Source of the DNA: a virus
Lineage: Duplodnaviria; Caudoviricetes
Strand: one strand, 5' to 3'
Length of the DNA stretch: 31,444 nucleotides
IMG/VR virus record: IMGVR_UViG_3300040985_000395
Coordinates: 1 to 31,444 of that record
In this document: in pieces, positions 15,364 through 22,762 of the stretch
Position numbering within the stretch: the stretch's first letter is position 1
Layout of the letters: each line of letters opens with the position of its first letter
Notes under the pieces: model-generated
Databases searched by the model: none
What the model was told of the DNA's origin: nothing
Seen by the model: the letters and a program-made list of their open reading frames with translations, nothing else
Translations under genes and position numbers: made by a program

Positions 15364-16245
15364 TCACACCTCTGCAATAGGTTCGATGATAGTCGAGGCG
15401 CTAGGCGCGAACGGGTCTCCGCCAAAGTTGAGCTGGTTGGAGTACTTGTCTCTGCACGTCGTCAGCAGTCCGTTGCACCCCGGCTTGGCAATGCCAACGT
15501 CGCCAACCTGTATGGCTTTAGGAGTCGGCAACAGCAGGTCACACTGACGGGTTGCGTGCGTGTATCCGTAGATCGCGCTGACATGGCCAGCGTTGTCGCC
15601 TGTGGTCCACTCAATGGACCCGTCGCGGTAGTAATCATCCGCATACGTGCCCGGCCAACTTGCAGTCGTGAACTGGCAGGTGCGCCGGTCATCCACAACC
15701 ACAGACACGGTCGCCGTCTTGAGGTCTGCAGAAATGTCCTTCTTGCATGAGTCAGCGTCTCCGAGCTCGTAGGTGCAAGTCGTCGAGAACGTGCCGCCAA
15801 ATCGGCCAGCCTGCGCGTGCTGCAACCCCTGCGTCCTGGCTTCCATCGTTCCGATAAACGTAGACCCGTCGCGCACGATGCTGCGAATCCACTTGCGATG
15901 TCGGGCATACACAATCCATGGGCGCATCCAGTCAACGACAACCTGCCGGACTTCAGCTCCACGATACCGGTTGGCGTCCAGATCAGGAATTGTGATCACG
16001 GTGCCGTCTACTATGCCTCGCACATCCTGGTTGCCGCTGCGGAACGCTGCCTCGCGACGTTCTGCCGACATCAGGCCAAAGGTGCTAGGTGAGTACACGT
16101 TGCCTTCAAACGTGATTTTGCGATCGTGATCGGTGACGTATATCGGCGCAAGCGTGGCAGGGATCACCTCAATGACATGCGCAACGTGCTTCGTTCTCTC
16201 GAGGCGCAACGCATCAAGAGTCCCTTGGCCCAGGCGGGTGGTCAT
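15364..16245 (-). CDS. Baseplate hub protein (DUF2163 / BR0599 family)
   Basis: YVTDHDRKITFEG, CTYELGDADSC and PGCNGLLTTCRDKYSNQLNFGGDP; four conserved Cys. Confidence 0.9.
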   Translation of the reverse strand: MTTRLGQGTLDALRLERTKHVAHVIEVIPATLAPIYVTDHDRKITFEGNVYSPSTFGLMSAERREAAFRSGNQDVRGIVDGTVITIPDLDANRYRGAEVRQVVVDWMRPWIVYARHRKWIRSIVRDGSTFIGTMEARTQGLQHAQAGRFGGTFSTTCTYELGDADSCKKDISADLKTATVSVVVDDRRTCQFTTASWPGTYADDYYRDGSIEWTTGDNAGHVSAIYGYTHATRQCDLLLPTPKAIQVGDVGIAKPGCNGLLTTCRDKYSNQLNFGGDPFAPSASTIIEPIAEV

Positions 16246-17324
16246 GTCACCACCTCCGCACCGTCAATCGTGCCAGCCACCAACTTGGTCAGCACGCCAG
16301 GTGATGCCGCCTTCGATTCAATCGCCGATCCAGCAGCCCCGCCCAAACCTCCTGTGCTGGCAGCGGTGCCGACAGCACCAGGTCCGCCGCCACTGCCTCC
16401 AGTCTGCCCGGTTGGAATAGTCTCGCCAACGCCAGGCGACTCTATGCCGCCGTTCAGGGCCGGGTAGACGATCTGGCTAGGAAGCGCCCCACCGTTGCCT
16501 ATGGTGTGACCCGCACCGCCACCGCTACGTGCGCCGATGGTCGTGGTGATGCCAGCATCACCCGCACCTCCACCACCGCCGCCGCCGCCGCCCTGAATCT
16601 TGCCGTAGTTGACAAGCACCAAGTCAGTATCAACTTGCATCGACTGCCCGCCACTTGCGCCATTGCTCGCGGCGATGATTGGCACTGTTGACCCAGGAGG
16701 CCCGCCGTCTCCACCTTTGCCGCAGATGTAGCTGTTTGCGCCAACCGTCAACGTGATGACGGACAATGCCGGGAACGTGCCGGTGTCAAACGCTGGCGTC
16801 AAGTTGCTCGTGCTGCCGATGATGTGGTTGGCACGCAGCGTGACTGCTACACGCGCAGGCAGCGTGCCAGCATATCCTTGCGCGTCACACATGGCGCGAA
16901 TGTTGACATTGTTCTGATTGTTAATCGTCAACGAGAACGTGTCTACAGCGTTGGCGATCGGGCTGCTTACGGCGCTTGTCGTCGTGCGAGCAATCCACAC
17001 GCCTGCTGCGGTTGATGCGTCGATCAACCAGCACTGCGCGGCTTCATTGACTGCCAGCGTGGCTATAGTCGCTCCTGCCTGATTTTCGACAGTCATCACC
17101 TCCGCACCTAGATTAGCGATTGTGTGCGCAGGCAACCCGCCAACGGCCTGTGTGCATTGCCGTGCGTCTGGCAGCACAGCAGCCGATCCTGGTGACGCTG
17201 GTCGTAACGCATGAAACCGCACAGCTCCAGACACACCAGACGGCAGCGGCACAGTGTAGTCACCGCTGCTGATGGCAGCATCTCGAGATGCTCCAATCCA
17301 TTCGTCTTCAGCGGTGCGACTCAT
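16242..17324 (-). CDS. Gly-rich fibre / receptor-binding-like protein
   Basis: ICGKGGDGG, NYGKIQGGGGGGGGG and GGAAGSAI glycine-rich domain; lies between the distal tail and hub genes. Confidence 0.7.
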   Translation of the reverse strand: MSRTAEDEWIGASRDAAISSGDYTVPLPSGVSGAVRFHALRPASPGSAAVLPDARQCTQAVGGLPAHTIANLGAEVMTVENQAGATIATLAVNEAAQCWLIDASTAAGVWIARTTTSAVSSPIANAVDTFSLTINNQNNVNIRAMCDAQGYAGTLPARVAVTLRANHIIGSTSNLTPAFDTGTFPALSVITLTVGANSYICGKGGDGGPPGSTVPIIAASNGASGGQSMQVDTDLVLVNYGKIQGGGGGGGGGAGDAGITTTIGARSGGGAGHTIGNGGALPSQIVYPALNGGIESPGVGETIPTGQTGGSGGGPGAVGTAASTGGLGGAAGSAIESKAASPGVLTKLVAGTIDGAEVVT

Positions 17325-18277
17325 TAGTACATCACCCAGACGCTAGTTGACGAGCTGCGGGCAAGCCCAATCTGCTTTGTATCACCAGCACTCAACGCGC
17401 TGCCGATCGCAGTGCCGCCATCGTCGCGGATCTGACAAGATCCGGCCGCTCCGCTAGCTATATGAACTGTGAATATGCGATCACCTCCAGGGATGCGCGA
17501 CACTGGCGGCAGCAATGCAGACATGGCAGTTGATGGCGTCATCACTTGCATTGCGCCATCGTTCATCGATAGCTGAATGTTGGACGAGACTGCGCCCCAA
17601 TCACGAGCTCCACCAGCATACCATCGCTCTGGCGTCTCAACTTCTGCCAGCACTTCTATGCACTCCATGTCCGCAACGGACCATACATGAAACGCTTCAG
17701 CTTGCAGCTTGGCCCAACTGTCGAACCCGCTAGAAAAGCGCACAGGCACATCAAACTCAAAGCCAGCAGTCACTACGGCTGACGCGATCGGCGGCGTGCC
17801 AAGCACGATCTGCCCTTGGCTATTGATCGTGAATGACGTAGTTGCAACGGTGCCCACCGCCACCAAAACGGTGCCAGACACAGGAAGCGTGATAGCTCGC
17901 GGGTATGGAGACGAACCGCTGCCATCATATAGCTTGACCAAGTCAAACGTGTCATCGGTGCCATCGCCTTGTCCGATCACTTGATCTTGCGCGGTTGGCG
18001 CATCAATGCCGTTGTCTGCGCTGGTGTAGTCCGAAAAGTCTTTGATTCGGAAACTGTGCAGCGCACCACGCCGCTGCAATGCGAACGTCTTGAGGGTCTT
18101 GGCCTCCGCTTCGGTCTGTAGGTTCTTCACCAACGAAAACCGATGCCTGCCCTGCGCCTGCCTCGCCACGCGATACTCGTGACCGCTTGCTGTTTCTTGA
18201 ATGATCGTAGCAAACCCTGCGCCGGCCACGCTCTGATACTGGAGGCCAGCAGGTAGCGAGATATCGTGAAACGCCAT
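17324..18277 (-). CDS. Distal tail protein (DUF2460 / TIGR02217) with C-terminal extension
   Basis: MAFHDISLP, ETASGHEYR, RRGALHSFRIKDFSDY, IGQGDG..DTFDLVKLY and TAGFEFDVPVRF. Confidence 0.9.
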   Translation of the reverse strand: MAFHDISLPAGLQYQSVAGAGFATIIQETASGHEYRVARQAQGRHRFSLVKNLQTEAEAKTLKTFALQRRGALHSFRIKDFSDYTSADNGIDAPTAQDQVIGQGDGTDDTFDLVKLYDGSGSSPYPRAITLPVSGTVLVAVGTVATTSFTINSQGQIVLGTPPIASAVVTAGFEFDVPVRFSSGFDSWAKLQAEAFHVWSVADMECIEVLAEVETPERWYAGGARDWGAVSSNIQLSMNDGAMQVMTPSTAMSALLPPVSRIPGGDRIFTVHIASGAAGSCQIRDDGGTAIGSALSAGDTKQIGLARSSSTSVWVMY

Positions 18278-18279
18278 GA

Positions 18280-19554
18280 CTATGTATCCTCCTTGGCCTG
18301 CGCGGGCGTCTTGCCAAACGACTGGCCAAACTCGCCAAACAATCCAGCAAACCCCTGACGGAACCCTTGCCGCGCCATGTCAGCCACAATGCTGGCCATG
18401 ATCTGCTTGGCCGTGGCTGCACCGCTGACGACGTTGAAGAACGCATCACCTAGCGTGCTACCTAGTTGTTGGCCTTTGCGCAACAGCTCATCCATTTCCT
18501 GATTGGCTTTGTCCATTGCTTGATCGGTGCGTGTCAACATCGCGCCAGTGCCATATTCTTCGCCATACAGTTGGTTGAACGTCGGGTTGTAAGCGCCGCC
18601 CATCTGGCCAGGAGCTAATGGCGGCAACCCTCCACGGCCTGCGCCGGTCACGCCTGCGCCGGTCACGCCTGCCCGCGCTGCGGTCGATGCGCCTGGTTTC
18701 AGCGTCTCTACTTCCGCTTCTAATTGTTGATATAGCGTTCGTAAAATAGCTTTGGCTGCGTCCCGCGTGACGCGCTGCTGTGCAACTGGTACTGGCTCCA
18801 TCACAATTTGGTCGCGACCACCGATCATGCGCCGCACTGGTCGCCGTTCGCCAATCGGTCCACCGCCCATGGCACCCCGCTGTATTGCCAGGACTTCCCC
18901 CACTGACTTGCCCAACATGCGAGCCATGCCGCCATACGTCTGACCTTGCCCTCCACTATATGCTTCGGCAGCGCCCCGCACGTTTTGCCGTGCTTGCTGC
19001 GCTGGTGACAGTTGACTGATCCCCAGCAGTTGCGCCGCCTCGCGGCCCACGCGCACCTTTTCCATGGCTGCGGCCAGCCGATCCATTTCGGTCGCCGCTT
19101 CCTCGGTCTCGCCTCCGAATACCTGCATCATTGACGCCGCGCCCGCCAGCACGGTGGCGATCGTCATAATCGGGTGCGCCTTCATCACCATGCCCAACTT
19201 GCTGAACACTGACATGGTGCCGCCTGTTGCGCTGGTCACGCCCTTCATGTCTTCCGCCATGCGGCCCATGTCTAGTAATGCCTGCGATGCTGCAAACGCG
19301 GTCATGGATGCGCTGCCTCGGCGGAATCCGTCCGACATGCCCGCCAGACCATGCGTGACTGCTAGCCCGCCACCAGTAGCCGCGAACGCTGCCGACATAT
19401 TGCGGCCTGCGGTCTTGCTCTTGTCACCGAGCTGCGTGACTTCCTTCTCGGCCTTGTCTGCCTTCTTGGCTGTTTCGTCTAGCGCCCTATTCGCTTCCGC
19501 CAATCCGACCTTGACGCCGCGACTGTCCACCGCCATCTCGAGGATTGTTACCAT
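18280..19554 (-). CDS. Tape measure protein (short, 424 aa)
   Basis: LEMAVDSRGVK N-terminus; Ala/Gly-rich helical sequence; LGDAFFNVVSG...MASIVADMAR C-terminus; lies between the chaperones and Dit. Confidence 0.85.
   Translation of the reverse strand: MVTILEMAVDSRGVKVGLAEANRALDETAKKADKAEKEVTQLGDKSKTAGRNMSAAFAATGGGLAVTHGLAGMSDGFRRGSASMTAFAASQALLDMGRMAEDMKGVTSATGGTMSVFSKLGMVMKAHPIMTIATVLAGAASMMQVFGGETEEAATEMDRLAAAMEKVRVGREAAQLLGISQLSPAQQARQNVRGAAEAYSGGQGQTYGGMARMLGKSVGEVLAIQRGAMGGGPIGERRPVRRMIGGRDQIVMEPVPVAQQRVTRDAAKAILRTLYQQLEAEVETLKPGASTAARAGVTGAGVTGAGRGGLPPLAPGQMGGAYNPTFNQLYGEEYGTGAMLTRTDQAMDKANQEMDELLRKGQQLGSTLGDAFFNVVSGAATAKQIMASIVADMARQGFRQGFAGLFGEFGQSFGKTPAQAKEDT
18637..18672. repeat. 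15-bp in-frame tandem repeat in the tape measure gene
   Basis: GCCTGCGCCGGTCAC twice plus GCCTGC; encodes AGVTGAGVTGAG. Confidence 0.85.
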
Positions 19555-19897
19555 CTGCGCGGCTCCTTCGTTGGTCGGCGGTGTGTGCTAGGAAGGTGGC
19601 GTCCATAGCTCGCAGCAATCTGCACAGGCGCAGGCGATGGTCGCCAGTATACCCTGCGTCTGCCGCATAGCGCGACAGATCGGACCACGGCAACCCTGAC
19701 GCTGCCATTCCAACGGGTCGGCCTATGTTGACCATCTGCCACGCTTGCCAGACGCCATGCAAATCGTGGAACAGTTGCGGACGGTTGCGCCATGCTATCG
19801 GTGCCGGTTTGTTTTTGCGTGCGCGCCATTTGGCCAACCTGCGGAGGTAGTTTTCGTCCTTGCCGTGCCGCAGGTGCCACCGCAGGACGCTGCTCAG
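19487..19897 (-). CDS. Tail assembly chaperone, frameshift extension (gpT-like)
   Basis: The -1 frame is open from the slippery site: LSSVLRWHLRHG...WQAWQMVNIGRPVGMAASGLPWSDLSRYA...LLRAMDATFL. Confidence 0.8.
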   Translation of the reverse strand: MSSVLRWHLRHGKDENYLRRLAKWRARKNKPAPIAWRNRPQLFHDLHGVWQAWQMVNIGRPVGMAASGLPWSDLSRYAADAGYTGDHRLRLCRLLRAMDATFLAHTADQRRSRADGNNPRDGGGQSRRQGRIGGSE

Positions 19898-20349
19898 TTT
19901 CCCGCCGATTCCGCCTCCACTTGCACCAACGCCGCATTGCGCTCGCTGGCCTTAATCAGCACGAAGTCGAGCAGGTTGCGGAACGTGCGATCCGCTAGCA
20001 GCTCTGCCGCCTTGGCTTGGCTGTAGCCGACCACATCACCCTTAAAGCTGATGTTCTGCCAGTCGCGCACGACGGTGTGCGCCAGCGCCCGCGCTGCCGT
20101 GTCCAGCGTGATCTGCTCCTGTTGTGCGCTCGGCGTGTCCTTGTCGCGCAGCTTGCCCAAATGCGGCTCGCGCTCGCGCTCGAGGTGCCGTTCGTATGCC
20201 GTGCCCATCGGCACCAGCAGGATGGCCGGCACATCGTCACCAGGCTGCGCCACCTGACTGCCGACCAGTTGCCCGTCATCGACCGACAACGCCCACCATA
20301 TGCCGTTATCTAGCTTGCATGCGTCCAGTTGGATCTGCTGTAGATCCAT
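19894..20349 (-). CDS. Tail assembly chaperone (gpG-like)
   Basis: Lies between tail tube and TMP; NGIWW and ALAHTVVRDWQNI...YS...A.ELL; ends in the slippery site. Confidence 0.85.
   Translation of the reverse strand: MDLQQIQLDACKLDNGIWWALSVDDGQLVGSQVAQPGDDVPAILLVPMGTAYERHLEREREPHLGKLRDKDTPSAQQEQITLDTAARALAHTVVRDWQNISFKGDVVGYSQAKAAELLADRTFRNLLDFVLIKASERNAALVQVEAESAGN
19897..19903 (-). other. Programmed -1 ribosomal frameshift site G-GGA-AAC
   Basis: X-XXY-YYZ heptamer directly before the TGA of the chaperone gene; the -1 frame continues into ORF 19487-19837. Confidence 0.85.
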
Positions 20350-20350
20350 G

Positions 20351-21514
20351 CTATGCCCACCTCTGCATCCGCACGGTGCAACTCTGCGCGTGGTTAAGCG
20401 TGGCCTGGTAGCCGATGCTGACCATCGTGTCGGTGTTGCTGCCAGTCACATCTGCGCCCGCGTCGTTAAACTTGACGGTGGGCATCGAGAACGTATAGCC
20501 CTGCGAGTTGGCGTCGATCAACGCAAACCAGATAGCGCCCTCCGTGTTGTCCGCATACGCCTGCAACTCGGTGAAGTCCTCAAAGTAAGCCTCCACGTTG
20601 CCGGTCGTGTTGAACTCGCCCTGCCGCATCGATGTAGCCCCTAGCGTGCCCAGCTCGGTGCGCGGCATCACGTTGTTGTTGATTGTCAAGTTGATCGTCT
20701 TGGCTCCAAAGGCTGACCCTGCGCTGCGGATTTCGGGCACGCTCAGGGAATCAAGCACCGGGTGATCCGTCGCGGGATCGTATGTCGCGCCAGCAATAAA
20801 CTGGTCAGTGCCCAGATCCGTCGTCTGGAACGTGCTGTTGGCTGATGCAAAGGTGAACGTCGCGCCCACAATCGCCTCATCCGACACGCTGATGTCCATC
20901 GTGTTGACCACGCAGCCGGTGAAGATCTGCGCCTTGTCTACGTCCAGCCGCGCCACCTCGATGGTGAAACTGTCTTCGTTGATGCCGTTGTTGCGCCGTG
21001 CGCCTCGCGTGACCGTCACCGTGTCGGCGGTGAAGTTGGCATCGGCCTCGACGGTCAACGTCAACGCCACCACGTTGGTGACCTTCCAATACCCGTTATT
21101 GGCTGCGGTGCTGCCGCCCGATGTCCTGACAATGTCGCCCACCGTGATGCCGTCGCTGACAAACGACCCCGACGCCCGCGTGATGGTCTTGGTGGATACG
21201 ACTGTGCTGCAACTGGCCACCGTAGCCACTGCGGTTTCACTCGCGCACATCGTCGCGCACAGCAACAACTCGAGGGCCTCGCCAGTTGGCGAGAACATCA
21301 CCTCGGTGGGCAGTTGCCCGCCGGCAGTCTTTGACAGCCTGACCAGCTCCTCCACGTTGCGGTCTGCGTTGATGATGTTGCTCTGCGTGTAGCCAACAGC
21401 ATCGCGCAGCGATTGCCCCGTCACAGGCATGATCTGCATGGCGGGTGATGTTGGCGTGACGCCATACGTCGATTCTTTGATGATGGAAACGCGCAGCCTA
21501 TTGGAATCGCTCAT
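20351..21514 (-). CDS. Major tail (tube) protein
   Basis: KESTYGVTP, SFTIE, FTGCVVNTMDI and TGNVEAYFED; contains an inserted beta-domain. Confidence 0.88.
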   Translation of the reverse strand: MSDSNRLRVSIIKESTYGVTPTSPAMQIMPVTGQSLRDAVGYTQSNIINADRNVEELVRLSKTAGGQLPTEVMFSPTGEALELLLCATMCASETAVATVASCSTVVSTKTITRASGSFVSDGITVGDIVRTSGGSTAANNGYWKVTNVVALTLTVEADANFTADTVTVTRGARRNNGINEDSFTIEVARLDVDKAQIFTGCVVNTMDISVSDEAIVGATFTFASANSTFQTTDLGTDQFIAGATYDPATDHPVLDSLSVPEIRSAGSAFGAKTINLTINNNVMPRTELGTLGATSMRQGEFNTTGNVEAYFEDFTELQAYADNTEGAIWFALIDANSQGYTFSMPTVKFNDAGADVTGSNTDTMVSIGYQATLNHAQSCTVRMQRWA

Positions 21515-21924
21515 TGTATTACGTCAGCAACGAAGGGGATCTGGACGGAACGGATGCACCAGGCATCCTCTTGGTCAGCCGTGCCAATGATGCCCGGCGG
21601 TGGGGTGAATCTGATTTGAGGTGATGCCAGCGTGAATAGACGAAACGCAGCCACCACGGCATCAGCTAGGTGGATGCTCGCGCCGTCACCCTTGGCAATG
21701 GGCGTAAACAGTTGAGCGGTTGCCATGCCTGTCATGCGGTAGCGCACGGTGCCCATGGTTGCCTGCCGGTGGTTGTCGATCGACACGGTGAATCGGCACC
21801 AACTCGAGGTGATGCTGGCCGGTTCTGGCCCGTTGTCGTAGACCACGTTGATGCTTTGACCGTCGCCGATCTGCGTCTGGAACCGCGACCGGATCGCCTC
21901 AAAGATGTCGGCCTGGTCAGTCAT
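21511..21924 (-). CDS. Tail terminator (DUF4128-like)
   Basis: VVYDN, WCRFTV, GMATAQLFTPIAKG...LAD and VQIPF; upstream of the tube gene. Confidence 0.78.
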   Translation of the reverse strand: MTDQADIFEAIRSRFQTQIGDGQSINVVYDNGPEPASITSSWCRFTVSIDNHRQATMGTVRYRMTGMATAQLFTPIAKGDGASIHLADAVVAAFRLFTLASPQIRFTPPPGIIGTADQEDAWCIRSVQIPFVADVIQ

Positions 21925-22397
21925 TCAACCTTCCTGTATTTCTGGCGCACCTGCTGGATGGTCGGCCCAACGATGCCATCCGGCGCACTTTGTGACCATC
22001 CGTTTTCCAGCCTGTCCATGTATGGCAACAGGTTGCTGATGTAGCCGATGGTCAGCTCGTCCAGCTTGGCAATAGCACGCTCGCCACGCGCTCGCGTGTT
22101 TCTGCCGTTTTTGTCTTCGCCACTGATTTCGTTGGTCGGTGGTCTGTCCAGCTTCACCTGCCAGTTTTTGCGAGCGTGCCCGCCCACGTAGCCCTTGGGC
22201 AATAGACCCTTGAGGCCCTTGGCCTTGCGCTCAATGTTGCGCTTCCACCGCGCACGGTTGCCCACTGGTGTGATCTCCACGACCTTGGTCAGCATGTCCA
22301 GCATCATGCGGCGCTGCGTGTCCAGCACTTTCTCGAGCACCTCCGATTGGACGAAGTCGTCCATCTCGATGCGCCATTCCTTCGCGTCCTTCGCCAT
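21921..22397 (-). CDS. HK97 gp10-like neck / tail completion protein
   Basis: ITPVG, GGHARKNWQV and YISNLLPYMDRLENGWSQSAPDGIV. Confidence 0.82.
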   Translation of the reverse strand: MAKDAKEWRIEMDDFVQSEVLEKVLDTQRRMMLDMLTKVVEITPVGNRARWKRNIERKAKGLKGLLPKGYVGGHARKNWQVKLDRPPTNEISGEDKNGRNTRARGERAIAKLDELTIGYISNLLPYMDRLENGWSQSAPDGIVGPTIQQVRQKYRKVE

Positions 22398-22762
22398 CAG
22401 GTGCCCACCTCGCCCACGTCGAGCTGGAACGCCACCACGGTGCCGTTGACCGTGAACGGCTCGCAGGCATAGCAGGCAAACGTGCGCCCGCCGGCAACGA
22501 TGCGCGTGGCAGTCGTCGGCGTGACCGTTAAGCCTGACGAGCTCACGTAGAAGGTCGCGGTGACGCGAGTGTCGGCACCTGTCTCGGTGTAGCGTTTTTG
22601 TTCTGTTACAGGCCCGCCCAGCGTCACCGCGACTGATACCGGGTTTTCGGTCACTGTGCCGTCTACGTTGTAGGTGCCGCCCGGCACCGTCAACGTGCCT
22701 GCTTGCCCCACCTTCGTGATGGCTTGCAGTGTCTTTGATTGGAACCGAGCTGCTAGCGTCAT
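22397..22762 (-). CDS. Head closure (stopper) protein
   Basis: 121 aa, beta-rich; lies between adaptor and gp10-like genes; translationally coupled. Confidence 0.7.
   Translation of the reverse strand: MTLAARFQSKTLQAITKVGQAGTLTVPGGTYNVDGTVTENPVSVAVTLGGPVTEQKRYTETGADTRVTATFYVSSSGLTVTPTTATRIVAGGRTFACYACEPFTVNGTVVAFQLDVGEVGT

Noticed and set aside
10823-17324. Diversity-generating retroelement or invertible fibre cassette
   Set aside because: No reverse transcriptase, invertase or template/variable repeat pair was seen.
11905-18277. Gene transfer agent cluster
   Set aside because: Only the tail tip is GTA-like; the head genes are not RcGTA type, and the element has its own early genes and circular ends.
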